From the human T2T-CHM13v2.0 reference genome, Homo sapiens, in the NCBI GenBank assembly GCA_009914755.4, contig CP068257.2, forward strand, positions 44,544,001 through 44,608,000: DNA of 64,000 nucleotides. The letters are read 5' to 3'. The notes below the pieces were generated by a model. It worked only from the letters and a program-made list of their open reading frames with translations, did not search any database and was not told the origin of the DNA. Below, one piece after another: positions 46,843-63,030 of the stretch (its first letter is position 1; every line of letters starts with the position of its first letter). A program made the translations under genes and the position numbers.

Positions 46843-48094
46843 CTGGGCAGCATCGAGGGCAAATGTGGAAGCAGAGAACACGTCACCACGGGACGTCCCC
46901 ATCTGGGACATCGCTGAGACAGACTGGGCAGGACTGGAGAGGCAGAACGTGCCTGGGAGCTTACTCTGCCGGCCACAGCCACCACTGGTGCTGCGAGGCG
47001 CTCGAGGGCCTGCACCTGTTTAGCTCACCACCCACAGCTGCTGGGAAACGTGACTGGCCAGCGAGGGCTCAAACCAGCCCAGACGGGACTGGGAGTCAGC
47101 ACCTGACTCCCCTGTGATCTCCCCACCGGCCAGAAGGCAGGGAGGGGGCCCAGGTCTCTGCGGGTGTGCTCTGTGCCAGGCGCCCCCAATGCCTCCTGAA
47201 CAACCTCAGCTTCTGGCTGCCTCTCTCACCTCAGTGAGAAGGGAAGAGGCCTGGAGTGCCGTAGGGTTCAGTCAGCCTCCCCAAGTCCCCATCACCCAGA
47301 GCAAGTCCTGGGCAGGAGGCAGGAGCAGGAGCAGGCCGCCATTGGGCCAGGCACAGCAGGACAATGCCCCTCCTCTGCTTGAGCCCAAGATGGGTGCCAG
47401 CCTTGGCCACACAGAGGCCAGGAAGACCCAGAAGCCCTGCAGAACAATGTCCTAGTGAGAGCTGAAGGGAGGGAGACGGGGCTGGGGGGCAGCGGTTCCA
47501 GGCAGAGGGACACTGGCTGAGGCCGTGGCCGGGACAGGGTGTGGGAGACACGGGAGGTTGGGGCGCATGTATGGGATGACTGTGGCTGCAGACTGGGGTG
47601 CAGGCACGTGTGAGAGACACTGAGGTCAAACTATGGGCTCGGGCAGGGTCTGTGGGCAGCTGATCTGGCAGGAGGGACCGGGGCTTTTGCTGCAAACAGT
47701 CTCAGGAGGGCAAGTCCACAGGCTGGCGTCACCTCCATGGGCAGAAGGTGCTTCAGAGACATGGAGGTGCCGTGTAGGCTGTGCAGCTCAGGGTACACAG
47801 CCCCTGCCCGTGCCTGGCCCTTGCACACAGTGGCTCCAACATGAGCAGGACGCAGAAACTGCCAGCACCCCCAGCACCCTGCAGGCCTCAGAGAACTGCC
47901 CCAGGTGAGGCCAGCCCGAGGAGGACCGGTGGATGGAGCAGGGGCTAGGGAGGGGATGGGAGGGTGGGGGTGACCTGAAACACCAGTGCAGGAAATAGGG
48001 CAGGGTGGAGGTGAGGTGGGCACTTCTGCCTGCAGGAGCTCCCAGCCCTGATCCCCCTCTTCAGCCCCCTCAGAGCCCCAGGCACCGGCCTCAC

Positions 48095-48166
48095 CTGTGA
48101 GAGCCTCAGGAACTCATGAGCCTTCTGCAGGCAGGACGAAAACTCGGGCCTGTGGTGCCCGCCCGC
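48095..48166 (-). CDS. LSS: LSS coding exon (aa 399-422, [24 protein letters not shown]), 72 bp
   Basis: Acceptor ctcttccAG|gcg ggc ggg; donor tca cag|GTGAGG. Confidence 0.9.
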
Positions 48167-48590
48167 CTGGAAGAGACAGCAGGACAGAGAGGCTCAGCTG
48201 CCCTTGCACGGCCAGCATGGCTGCGCTGGTTTCCCGATGGTCCTGGCCACATCCTGCCCCAACCGGGGACCAGAATCAAACCAGCAGACATCTCCAGAGA
48301 GTGCCAGGGTCTCCTGCTGCACTTACCTTTAAAGACAAAACAGCAAAAGTCCATGAGATATGACTGAAGATGGAAGGGCGCAGGAGACCATTTATGGATG
48401 CCAGCACCCCCCTGCCTGGCCAGCATCCATGCCCAGAGGGTCTCCAGCACCCTGTGTAGGCAGGCCCTTTGCGTGGCCCAGCCCTCAGGGCTCTCCAGAA
48501 ACACCTTCAGAATCCCACCTACCTCATTCCCACCGGCATAAAAATCCACTCTCGTTTTTCTCCAGTACTGGCTCGAGAATGCCCATAACA

Positions 48591-48906
48591 AACAGTTCCA
48601 GTTCTTTTTTTTTTTTTTTTTTTTTGAGACGGAGCCTCTCTCTGTCACCCAGGCTGGAGTGCAGTGGCACAATCTCGGCTCGCTGCACCCTCCACTTCCC
48701 GGGTTCAAGCAATTCTCTGCCTCAGCCTCCCAAGTAGCTGGGATTACAGGTGCCCGCCACCACGCTTGGCTAATTTTTGTGTACTTTTAGTAGAGACGGG
48801 GTTTCACCATCTTGGCCAGGCTGGTCTTGAACTCCTGACCTCGTGATCCACCCTCCTCGGCCTCCCAAAGTGCTGGGATTACAGGTGTGAGCCACCGTGC
48901 CTGGCC
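48591..48906 (-). mobile_element. Alu (minus) in an LSS intron
   Basis: T24 then reverse complement of the Alu consensus; TSD cagttccagttct. Confidence 0.9.
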
Positions 48907-49195
48907 CAAGCAGTTCCAGTTCTAAGAAGAGCCTGGAGTCCCACTCCTGCCTGCACTCTCAGAAACAGCCTTCACCAGACTCCCCTTCTCACACAGCCTC
49001 CAGCCCCTGCCCTCCCAAGGCCCCCGACCCAGCCCAACACCCAAGGCTGCTGGCCAAGGCCGCCCCCTCCACAGCACGACCCTCTGAAGCCAGAGGCCAG
49101 AGCCCAGGTCACTGGAAGTATCGAGGAGTGGCAAGTGTGTGGCCAGCAGTGCTGCCCTCAGGTGGATGCGTGGGCTCACGTGCACAGGAAGGTCA

Positions 49196-49285
<90 letters not shown>

Positions 49286-49628
49286 CTACACACAAAGGAT
49301 GGTGTTACAGCAGCAGATGCAGCCCCTCCCACTCCCAGCCACTGCCTCCAGGATCCAATGGGCGCCTGAGGGCCAGGTGTGGGGGCTCCCACCCAGCCAA
49401 CGCTCAGCCTCAGGCTCTGAGCCCTGGGCACCCCTCATGGCTGACAAGGGCCTCAGAGAAGGCTGAGCCCTGCAGGCAGACACACGTCGGGGAGACTCAG
49501 GGAGCCCTCCCTTTCTTCATGGGCCACCAGGCAGGACAGTGTCCCTCTGAGGACACTTCTAGGACTGGACGATCCCTCAGAGGCTCCAGCACCTACACAT
49601 AGAGCATCCAGCTGCTCTCACCCAATGA

Positions 49629-49970
<342 letters not shown>

Positions 49971-51565
49971 ATGATCCCCATTTCTGAGTACACCTGGAGG
50001 TGATGGGAATTCTGCACAGGGCTGGGAAGGCTCCACCTCAAATCTCACCCCGAGCTGGGCTCACAGGTACACAGCCTGGTCTCAGTTCAAAGGGCCGGTG
50101 ACCAAACCCTAGTGAGACAGAGCTGGGCACTGACCAGACAGACATGGGGACTGGGCAGGGGGTGGTGTGTGGCAGAGGCATCCAGACATCGTGCACTGGA
50201 GGGACAAGGCAGGGACCACCAGAAAAGCATTCTCGCCAAAGAAACACAATGGGATCGAGCCTCAGGGCCTGGCCAGTTTACAAAAACTCAGGGAACATAA
50301 GAAGCAACCAGTCAGATCTGCAATGTGAAGCCCTTCAGGAACAAACCTTCCAGGAGGAGAAAAGAGACCACGAGAGACGGCTGGACTAACAGGAGCTCAA
50401 AGACCAACAACTGAAGGCCTGTGCAGGCCTGGCCTGAATCCTGATTCACAAACACCAGCCACAACGTGAGGACTACACTCAGGAACCGTCATAAGTTTGT
50501 TGGGTGTGACAACCTCAGAGCAATTTTGTCAAAACACAGACGCCCTCATCAGCTTGAGGTGCACTGATGAGTCGGTGCTGAGGGAGCGCTGGGCAGGGAG
50601 GGGCAGGGAGGGGACAGGGAGGGGCAGGGAGGCCAGGGCCTGCTCTAGGGCTTGCTACTCACCTCCACTTTACATGTGTTTTGAAAACCTTTTCACAAAA
50701 CACGGACAGTGTCCGGGGAGCCTCTGGGGAGCTCAAGGCCAGCTGGGTAAAAGCTCGTGGCTGGGGGCACCTGGCACCAAGGGTAGCCCTGGGGCGGGCA
50801 GTGCTGGGCCCACGTGTATCCATCCCAAATGTGACACCCAGGACACCTCTGGAGACTCCACATTTCCACACTGAATCAGGTGGGGGACAGAAGACAGGCA
50901 CCGCAGGGCGTAACCCTCCTTAGACCACAAGACACAGGGCAACACTGTCTGGGCTTCTGACACGCACAGAGGGGCGCAGGCTCAGCCCAGTCGGACAGGA
51001 CTGCGGTCTACAGGGCCCCCAGAGCCAGGACAGGACCAGGGTCAGCCAGGATCCACCGGCCTCCCCTCTCCTTGTGCTTGGTGCCCCTCATGACTGGGTT
51101 CCAGCCCACTCAGGCCAAGTCCACGGGGAGCTCCCAGGCCCGGCCACACGCCACCACGGTCCTCCAGGCTCCTGTCCTGTCCACCCAGGACCTTTAAGAA
51201 GAAGCCCCTTAAATTAAGAGTGCATGGAGGAGAAGCCCCCACTAACCAGAGCCACCTCCTGCCACAGTAACAAGATGAGAGCTTCTGCAGCTCTGGGTCT
51301 GTCGTTACACAGCTGAGCCCACTCAGATCATCAGGGCAAAAAGCAAACAGGACAGCTGCAGACAGACATCGAGAACGGTGGGCACCCACACAGAGACCAA
51401 CAGCACCCACAGGGACACGGCCAGAGGCCTCAACTGACTCAGCCTCTAGTCGCACGCTGCCGGGACCTGGTCCAGGAGGAGTTATTTCTGAACCCCAAAG
51501 GAAAAATAATAAAGGGGAGACATGATTGCAAAGGAAGCATGCAGCCGCAGTCCCGCAGCCCTTAC

Positions 51566-51593
51566 CTGCATTTTCATGCCGTCAAGGCCCATC
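51566..51593 (-). CDS. LSS: LSS coding micro-exon (aa 370-379, (W)MGLDGMKMQ), 28 bp
   Basis: Acceptor ctcctcacAG|g atg ggc; donor atg cag|GTAAGG. Bridges W370 split with the upstream exon. Confidence 0.85.
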
Positions 51594-52278
51594 CTGTGAG
51601 GAGAAAAAAGCCCAAGTCAGGTGCAAGGAGAAAGCTGGAAGCCCAGCTGCTACCCAGACCCTGCACTCAGGAGGGTCCCAGAGAGGCCGTCTGTCCCCTC
51701 CCGAGGCCTGGCACTGGCCTGGATGCCACCCCAGCTGGGCTGCTGGGCTCCTGGGGGTGAGGGCCACACTCTATGGAAAACAGGACACACTCACCCAGAA
51801 GGGCCACACCCAAGGCAAGGGGCAGCGGGAGGCTCCCCGACCCCAGGCTGTGCCAGCCCTGCCGCCCTCGTGCAGTGCTGAGGCACCAGAGGAAGAGGCC
51901 TGTACAGCGGAAGCTTCCCACCATGGGACGGCTCTCTGCCCTCCATGACAGGGGCCCCACCTCCAGGGCACAGTCCATGGCTGACAAGCTCCCCTTGTCC
52001 ACAGGCCTCCTGATGCCAACCTGAACCTGCCCTGCTACCTACCACCCCCTTCCTCACTCTACCTTCTGGGAACACCCCACACTTCCACTGGGTGGCAAAT
52101 CTTCCAATTCAAAGACAACCCTCAGTGGCTTCCACAAGCCCTGACACTGCTGGTTCCTGGAGGTATTCCCTGGCAGTATTCCCAGATGGCACCGTGGGGG
52201 CCCCCTCACTGGGATGCAGCTGGGGCTCAGATCCAGTCTTCGTGAGAGGCCCCGCCAGCATATCCCAGCCACACTCAC

Positions 52279-52376
52279 CAGAGATAGTCCGGGATTCTGG
52301 AGACATGCTCCTGGAAGGCAGTGGAGGCGGGCCCGTCCACATACCAGCGCACAAGCATGTTGATGGTTTTCGAGAT
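52279..52376 (-). CDS. LSS: LSS coding exon (aa 338-370, [32 protein letters not shown](W)), 98 bp
   Basis: Matches ORF-track 52275..52490(-); acceptor ctcctgcAG|atc tcg; donor ctc tg|GTGAGT. Confidence 0.9.
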
Positions 52377-53678
52377 CTGCAGGAGAGACAGCCCTGTCAA
52401 GGCTCCGCTCCAGACGCACAGCAGCCTCCAGGGACAAGGTCTCGTCCAGATCCACAGCAGCCCCCAGGCATAAAGTGCCGTGCAGATCACTCAGGGCCAG
52501 GACAGGGGCCTTCTGCTCTAACAGGCATTTCCTGAGCGAGGATGGGCAACAACTGTGTCCCCAGGACCCAACTCAGACAGAGGCAGTGTCGGCCAAGGCC
52601 ACAGCCTGCCTTAGGCTGTGAGAAGGAGCAGCACTCCACCAGGGAGAAGCGAGGGGTTCCAGGAGAAACCAGAGGGGCATGGGCTACCAGGTGCCTTAGA
52701 GACAACACAGGGGACAGAGGACAGGGCCTGAGGGGCCCAGGAAGAGATGCGAAGACAGGACTGTAGCAGTAGGGACCACTTGCCCCCCTTCTTCCTCAGA
52801 ACAGAATGTTCCAGAGGCCCCCAACTTTTTACTTATGCATCTCACAAGTCAAGATCCAATTGCAAGCATGTTTCTAATGCGTTTAGTACAGATGTGCTCT
52901 ATATGGGATTAAACCAAAACCCACAAAGAACCACATCACTGCTGAGCAAAAAACAAGGGACCCGCTGCAGGGTCAGTCAGGATTTGTGATCCACTGAGGT
53001 GGCATGAGGCCCAGAAAATCCGAGATGCAGTGTCAGGGTGGGACTCAGTGGCCCAGTGCCACCTGGGTATGTCCAGAGAATGCCTAAGCCAACCCACTAC
53101 ACCACAGCAGCTACGCGCACAGCTACGGCAGCAGCTGCAGCACAGCCCAGGGCCTGCTGACTCTGTCAGGAGGCGGCCACGCACCAGCACAGCCCGGGGA
53201 TTGCACCCTCTAAGGTCACTGAACTGGCCACACCTGGACCCCTGCAGGCCCCACAGAGGTGAGAGCTCCAAGTCCCTAGCTAGGCAGGAGGAATCAGGAG
53301 TGGCACCTGCTACTCCCACCCACCCTGGGCATGTCTAAACCCCACGGGAGAATGGCGAATGATGAACTGTTTGGGGAGAGGGAACCAAGTGAGGAAAAAG
53401 CACCCCTCCCAGCTAGCCAGCTAGCCAGCAAGATCTCAGGGAGGGGCCTCTAGGAGAGTGTCCAGGCACACTGAGGACAAGAGCCGGTGGGGGACGGAAG
53501 CGGGGGGTCGAGTGTGGTGGGGCAACTTCACTGAGCTGGGCATGCAGGGGTCCAGGACAGAAGCCCTCAGACACTTGTGCGATCAGAGGGCCACCTCCCA
53601 AATGGAGGTACACCAGGCTCCAGGAAACCCCACTCCCAGCTCACAGCCCGGCCTCTAGGACTTCACTTTCGGACCTCA

Positions 53679-53855
<177 letters not shown>

Positions 53856-54017
53856 TCAGTGGATGCCAGACACCATGACACTGGCCTCAGCCTGGAGCTC
53901 CATGCACTGCAACGCCTGGACTTGCCCTTCCCCAGGGTTTCCCCCTCCCACCCACCCCCAGGCCTGGTCTCTGAGCTCCTCCTTCCCTGCCCAGGAGGGG
54001 CTGCCCCACACCTCCTA

Positions 54018-54389
<372 letters not shown>

Positions 54390-54906
54390 TCAAACCAGGA
54401 GGGGTGGCCTCCCACCATCCGCCCTCAGGGCCCTGGGCCAGTCCCTTCCTGGGTGGGGGTCCCTCCAGCAACTGACCCCGAGGGCACATGAAGGCCCCCT
54501 ATGGGAGGACCGCTCTGAGGAGCTCCCCAGCTCCATGAGTCCCAGGTCTGCCCAGAAGCTCATTTCCTCCCTCTGCCCCTCCTTCTTCCCCATGGCAGGC
54601 CTGATAAACATCCTGCACCTCAAACCTCGCCTCAGGCCTGCTTCCAGAGGACACAGTGCACATCTGCCTCCTGCATCCCTTGAGTCCTGGAAGTCCCCCC
54701 CAGGAACCCTGGGCTACAGCTACTGACTGTCCCATAGCACAAGTCCCCTCTGGGCAGAGCTTGCTCACTGTTTATTATAGGATGGAGGAAGGTGGAGGCT
54801 CTGCTCCACAGGGCTCTCCGCTCCACAGGGCCACCAGGTGAGTGGACAGGTGTGGTTAGATTCCAGAAGCCCCAGGCCCTGTGGGTCCCAGCCCCAGAGG
54901 CCTTCA

Positions 54907-55104
<198 letters not shown>

Positions 55105-55507
55105 TCAAGCCTGCCCCCTCCGCCAGCATCCATACCTTGGGCCCTTTCAAGCACGAACACTGGTGGATGGCTATTCCCCACCACGTCAGTGCATCTGCGG
55201 GCATTTCCCAACCGTGCTCCTGAGGGGCACAGTTGAACCATAGGTGCACCCTCTGAGGAGCTGCACCTCCTAGTTCGGTCAGCATTTTGCATCCTAAAAC
55301 CAGGTGATGGAGCTCCTAAATGCTTAGGATTGTCCGTGGGTTTCTTAGCTACAACAAACGTACCTTGGTAACATAAAACATCAACAATGGGGATATGGTG
55401 TGAGGGCCCCAGGGAACACTCTTGGCTATCTTTGCAACTTTTCCAGAAATTGGAAACTACTCCAAAATTTAAAGTTTACTTTTAAAAGTGTATTTAAGAA
55501 ACTTTAG

Positions 55508-55832
55508 GAGGGGCACGGTGGCTCACGCCTGTAACCCTAGCACTTTGGGAGGCCGAGGCTGGTGGATCACTTGAGGTCAGGAGTTTGAGACCAGCCTGAC
55601 CAACATGGCGAAACCCCATCTCTACTAAAAATACAAAAATAAGCCAGGCATGGTGGTGTGTGCCTCTAGTCCCAGCTACTCGGGAGGCTGAGGCAGGAGA
55701 ATCGCTTGAACCTGGGAGGAGGTTGCAGTGAGCCGAGATTGTGCCACTGCACACAGCCTGGTGACAGAGCGAGAGACTCTGTCTCAAAAAAAAAAAAAAA
55801 AAAAGAAAAAGAAAGAAAAAAGAAACTGTAGG
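55508..55832 (+). mobile_element. Alu
   Basis: GGGGCACGGTGGCTCACGCCTGTAACCCTAGCACTTTGGGAGGCCGAGG...A-rich tail. Confidence 0.85.
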
Positions 55833-56709
55833 TCTGTGGAATCTCCCCAAGGCCTGGGTCTTTGATCACTGGTCTGCTGACGTTAGCACAGCTCCACCAG
55901 CTTCCCAGGGTCTGTGTGTGCCTCATGTGTTTTCTCTCCCTTTCCCTGCTAGCCCCCATCCTTATGTGATGCCTTATGTGATGCTAGCCCCATCCTTAAG
56001 TGAGGGTGAGCAATGCTGAGCCTTCCCTGCTCCCTGACTGTGGCATCAGGCCTTGGCCCACTTTCACACCCACTTACTTAAAAGGGTGTTTTTTTTTCTC
56101 ACATTTTGGGTTACACTTCCAGCATTTCGCAGCTGGAGTGGTTCAGGTCTGTGGTCCTCCTTTCACCTCCCAACCCACCCTCCAAGCAACTCCAGCAAAG
56201 ACAAGCAGCACCCTGGCGTGCCCATGCGGCAGCACTGACCGACGGCCCCCCCAAGTGGGGCAGATGAGACGCCCTCACCAGCACCAGCGTGTGGAACCCA
56301 CACCCCTCCTGCCCTGGCAGCTGTGCTGACTGCCGTCTCAGTCCTTCCTCTGCCGCTCATTACACACGGGCGAGGCGCAGAGTCCAGTGGGCATTTGAAT
56401 GGCCCCAGGACACCTCCCAACCTATGTGCTCTACGGCCCGCCTCAGGTAGCGGCACCCTAACCCTGCCCCCTACTCTGGTATCTCTGTCTACCCTCCCGG
56501 GGTGATCTCACCATCCCTGTGCCTCCCCGTCACCACCCAAACTGGCTTCCGGGGTTAAGCCCCCGGCCTTTGCATCAGGACACTGCTGCTGTCCTTTCTT
56601 GAGCGGCCCCTTCACTTCCTGCCTCCCCTAACTTGACCCCCCACCCCCCACCCCCGCACCAAAGTCATCTAACACAAGGGACCCCCCCAGCCCTGCTGAT
56701 AGCTCTCTA

Positions 56710-57580
<871 letters not shown>

Positions 57581-58017
57581 CAGACACTGATCTTTTAAAG
57601 GCACACACGCTGAGTCCACAGGTGAGGTGTCACGTCGGGACACACTTCACATTCACCAGCAAAGGAGACAAACGCAGCAGCAGCAACACAGGACGCCCCT
57701 GTGCAGGCTGGGGGAGGGGCACCCCCCCACTTCTACAGATGCTGAGTCTTCCACAGCAAGAGGGAAGCCACCCAGCCCTGCCTGCAGCCTGACTCGGGGT
57801 ACCTCCATCCATGGCACAGCCTTCTTCCTGCTCAATTGGGAACCTCCCCCTTTCTGTACCCCTACAGGACTCAAGCTTGATCAGGGCCTCTGCCAGGAGC
57901 CTAACTCCACCCACCCACAGAATGCCCACCCCTCTCTGCTGTCACAGCCTGCACCTGACCCACGGTCCCTGTCACTCTACTCCCCGGGACAGCAGCAGCG
58001 ACCCAACAACCCAATCA

Positions 58018-58167
<150 letters not shown>

Positions 58168-59269
58168 TCAGCAAAGTCTGCACTGCCTCTAGCTGGGAAG
58201 CTTCACCCTCTGGGAGTCACGTGTGCCCCTCTCCATGAGGCAAGGGCAGCCTCATGTGGATCTTGCGACCCCCATGTGCGAAGCAGGTTCCAGAGTGCTG
58301 AGAACTTGCCTGGATACACGGCCCCCTAGGTGGAACCAGTGGCTTTCCTGGGAGTGTGTGTGTCCAGCCCCAGGAGAGGTGTTTGCAACCCCTGGCCCCA
58401 GGAAGGAGCACATGAAGACAGCTACCTGGGAAGGTCCAGGGACACCTCAGTGCTCAGGTGAGCGAGGGGCCCAGGTGCACATGCGCCTGGAGAAGGCAAG
58501 GTGGGGAAGTGACAGCACACACTCAGCCTCGCCCTCTGAGCCAAGCCTGAGCTGCCCCAGTCTGTGTCATCTCCACTTGGCAGACTGGTCCTGTATGGGA
58601 ACAAAGACGACCCTAGACTCCAGAGTAGCTCCAGCACGCTGGCCCCATGCCAGAGCCACTTCAGCAGCAGCAGTCCTGGCACAGCCACACCATCTAAACA
58701 TGCTTCTGAGGAGTCCCTGCTCCAAACCCCAAAAGGTATGCAAAAGTCAATAAAGACCCACAAAGCTACTAGGCAAAGTGCAGCCTAAACACGTTCCTTC
58801 ACCAGGCAGGCGCCAGGAGTGTGGTGGGAACCGGACAGCAGCCTTGGGGACGCAGCATCAACGACACCAAAGGCTGACAGTGAACTGAGGACAATAGTGA
58901 CAAGCTCACCAAGAAAGAAGGCAGGATCTCATGAGAATGCGTAACAGGACACTCCACCTGGCACGGTAGGTCAGGAAGAGGTCCTCAAAGAAGGAACACG
59001 TAAAGTGTGAGCCAGCGGGGCAGGAGTGGAAGGTAAGAGGCTCCAGGCGAAGGAGGCAGTGCATGGCGAGCCCTGGGATAATAAGGGTCTCTGAGGAGCT
59101 GACAGGAGGCCCCTGCGCATGCAGCAGAGAGCAGGGCAGGTGGGACTGGCTACGGAAGGTCTGTGAAACACAGAGGACAAGACCAGGCCAGGCTCTGCAG
59201 AGCCACAACATGAACTAGGTTTTCTTGGAGCAGCAGGAGCCATGGATTCCCTTGGGCTGGAATTGCCCC

Positions 59270-59790
59270 TCAGGGCCTATAGGCAAGAGGAGAGGTAGCC
59301 AGGCCGGGCATGGAGAGGTAGCCAGGGGCTTGGAGAGGTAGCCAGGCCGGGGCTTGGAGAGGTAGACAGTTGGGGCTTGGAGAGGTGGACAGCCTGGGGC
59401 TTGGAGAGGTAGCCAGGCCAGGGCTTGGAGAGAAAGATAGTTGGCGCTTGGAGAGGTGGACAGCCCAGGGCTTGGGGAGGTAGCCAGGCCAGGGCTTGGA
59501 GAGGTAGACAGTTGGGGCTTGGAGAGGTGGACAGCCTGGGGCTTGGAGAGGTAGCCAGGCCGGGGCTTGGATAGGTGGACAGCCAGGGCTTGGAGAGGTA
59601 GCCAGACCAGGGCTTGGAGAGGTAGACAGTTGGGGCTTGGAGAGGTAAGACAACCCGGGGCTTGGAGAGGTGGACAGCCCGGGGCTTGGAGAGGTGGACA
59701 GCCCCGGGCTTGGAGAGGTGGACAGCCCCGGGCTTGGAGAGGTGGACAGCCCCGGGCTTGGAGAGGTAGACGATCAGCTTGGAAGGTGCA
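59270..59790. repeat. ~24-bp minisatellite x ~21 (GGGCTTGGAGAGGTAGCCAGGCCA / GGGCTTGGAGAGGTGGACAGCCC) in the LSS intron between the exons at 58127 and 60412
   Basis: Direct repetition. Accounts for ORFs 59215..59988(-) and 59567..59974(+). Confidence 0.85.
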
Positions 59791-59929
59791 AGCTCCAGGG
59801 CTGCTCTTGCCTGCAGCCAGGCTGCCCCCAGAAGGTGGACATATTAACACGGTTCGTTTAAGTTTTTGCCAATTCAGGAAACAAACAGAATTACCTGGTT
59901 GTCTTAGTTTGCTTGGCTTTTTTATTTTA

Positions 59930-60218
59930 TTAGAGACAGGGTCGCACTCTGTCACCCAGGCTAGAGTGCAGTAGTACAACCAGCTCATTGCAACCCAGAA
60001 CTCCTGGGCTCAAGTGATCCTCCTGCCTTACTAGCCTCCAAGTAGCTGAGACTACAGGTGCATATCATCACACCTGGCTAATATTTTATTGTTTTTGTAG
60101 AGACCAGGTCTCACTATGTTGCCCAGGCTGGCCTCGAACTCTTAGGTTGAAGTGGTCCTTCTACCTCAGTCTCCCAAAGTGCTGGAATTGCAGGCGTGAG
60201 CCACTCACTGTGCCTGGC
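59930..60218 (-). mobile_element. Old Alu (AluJ-like, minus)
   Basis: Reverse complement of a diverged Alu consensus (..gccaggcacagtgagtggctcacgcctgcaattccagcactttgggagactgagg..). Confidence 0.75.
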
Positions 60219-60319
60219 TCTTAATTTGCTTTTTTAAAAAATGATGCCTAGGTTAAACAGTGTCTGCCTACTTCTGCTTTGACAAATTCCCTGCTCATGT
60301 GCTTTTGCCCACTGTTTCA

Positions 60320-60622
<303 letters not shown>

Positions 60623-61186
60623 CTAAGAATGCTAAAATGCCTTAACCTGACATAACATGCCAACACAGGAGACCCCTGAGCAGCCACTCTGCAGTACGAA
60701 TTCATGCACCTCCCATGACAACTGAGCCCCCCACTCCTTCCTCACCGTGACCCGCCTGCTCTACACCTTCCCACGCCTGAGTCAACACTTCTAGCTCAAG
60801 GGCGGTCCACTTTGGGCTATGGCTCTGCTCCCAAAGTGTGTGCCACATGGCAGGAAAGCTGTCAGGCCTTGTCTCCACCTGCTGCCAGCCCAGAGTCAAG
60901 GGCAATTTTCTTCTGCCTTAAGTGATAACAGACTGACAGTTTTCACATGTGGGTCTCAAGAGTGTCCTAACAGCCACAAAATCCATTTAACAAAAGATGT
61001 GAAGCCGAGGCCCCACCTGCATGGCCTTCAGCCCACTCCCCGCCTGCTAGTCTCTCCCTCACCCACCCCACACCCACAGCTGCAATCACTCCTAACCCCT
61101 GGCAGCTGCCTGGAAACCCAAGCATCTCCTACATCATGAGAACACACACATGCACATGTGCAGTGACACAGGGGCAGGCACACTCA

Positions 61187-61336
<150 letters not shown>

Positions 61337-62064
61337 TCATGACTGCTAAGACCAGGCCCCTTTCCTCCTGAGCACCTCACTCCAACAGGGAGCTACCTCC
61401 TTCTCATAAAAACACCCCCTGGAAAGGCCATTCCTCCCAGGCCCCCATGGGGAACTTTGGGAACAGGGCCAGAAGGAACGTCAGCCACAGCACAGGCGAT
61501 GCTCCCTGCCTAGGGCCTGTAGAGCCCACTCAGCCACGCCTGGCTCCCATGACCACCTGGGTCTGAGAAACACCAGACACTGCACAGCACCTCAGGAAGG
61601 TCTCCCCCAAGTGCCCTGAAGGTCCAAAAGGAACCAGCATTTTAGATCAGTGGGCCTTCCATGAGGGGAGACTGTTGGTCTTGCTTTAACATCTGCTGGG
61701 AAGAAAAATACAAAATTGGTCACCCTTGCATGTGGTAATACCTACTTATTTATTTATATTTTTCTGTTTCAAAATTTTTTTACAAGCATATGCCGCTTTG
61801 CAAATGTCAGGGGGGAGGCAGAGACAATAAATATTATCCACTAAGAACCTTCCGTCCCCAGCCTGGTCCTCTCAGGCATGGTGCTCACAGGCCACCCTCC
61901 ACCTTCACTCCCCATGCTTGGTTCCATCAGCCATGTGCCCCCAGAGCCTGGCACGGGACAGGTCTCAGGGCAGACCCCAGCCACATGTGCCATGGAATGA
62001 ATACCTGACTCTGGCTTAGAGCATCAGAAGCCCTAGTGTTCAAACCATCCAGACATGCCCTGTG

Positions 62065-63030
62065 TGGGCGGCAAGCCACCCAGGCACCAAGGCAAGAGAC
62101 CGAGGACACGAGCTGTTCCAGTATAATAAAATATAAAACAAGAATAGTTATACCAGATATAGATCTTAGAGATATATGAATATCATTAATCATTAGTTTG
62201 TAGTAATTACTCTTTATCCCAATATTATAATAATCCTCGCTCTACAATCATAACCTAGGAAAAACCAGGCCATACAGAGATAGGAGCTGAGGGGACATAG
62301 TGAGGTGTGACCAGAAGACAGGAGTGCGAGCCTTCTGTTATGCCCGGACGGGGCCAGCAAAAGGGCTCCTTGGTCTAGTGGTAACGCCAGCGTCTGGGAA
62401 GACGCCCGTTGCCGAGCGGACGGTGGTCTAGCGGTAGCGAAAAGTGTCAAGGAACAACACCCGCTACTTAGCAGACCGGGAAAGGGAGGCTCCCTTTCCC
62501 CGGGGGAATTTAGAGAAGACTCTGCTCCTCCACCTCTTGTGGAGGGCCTCACATTAGTCAGACCTGCCCGCAGTTATCCGGAGGCCTGTCTCCCTGTGAT
62601 GCTGTGCTTCAGTGGTCACGCTCCTAGTCCGCCTTCATGTTCCATCCTGTACACCTGGCTCTGCCTTCTAGATAGCAGTAGTCAATTAGTGAAAGTACTA
62701 AAAGTCTCTGATATGCAGAAATAATGGCATAAGTTGTCTTTCTCTGTGTCTCCTCTCTCTGCCTCGGCTGCCAGGCAGGGAAGGGCCCCCTGTCCAGTGG
62801 ACACGTGACCCACGTGACCTTACCTATCACTGGAGATGACTCACACTCTTTACCCTGCCCCTTTTGCTTTGTATCCAATAAATAACAGCACAGCCAGACA
62901 TTCGGGGCCACTACTGGTCTCCGTGCATTGGTGGCAGTGGTCCCCCGGGCCCAGCTGTCTTTTATCTCTTTGTCTTGTGTCTTTATTTCTACACTCTCTC
63001 ATCGCCGCACACAGGGAGAGACCCACCGAC
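62065..63030 (+). mobile_element. Unclassified LTR-like repeat (begins TGTGTGGG, internal AATAAA at ~62880); copy 1 of a duplicated element
   Basis: The 62065-62490 segment recurs at 63577-64000 (~90% identity by eye). Carries a possible polyA signal (ccaataaataacagcac) and a TG start typical of LTRs. Family not identified. Confidence 0.35.

Noticed and set aside
62380-62470. tRNA-like sequence (two TGGTCTAGYGGTA A-box motifs)
   Set aside because: No B-box (GGTTCGANTCC) at the right spacing and no cloverleaf could be drawn by eye. More consistent with a repeat-embedded tRNA-derived motif than a tRNA gene; tRNAscan-SE would settle it.
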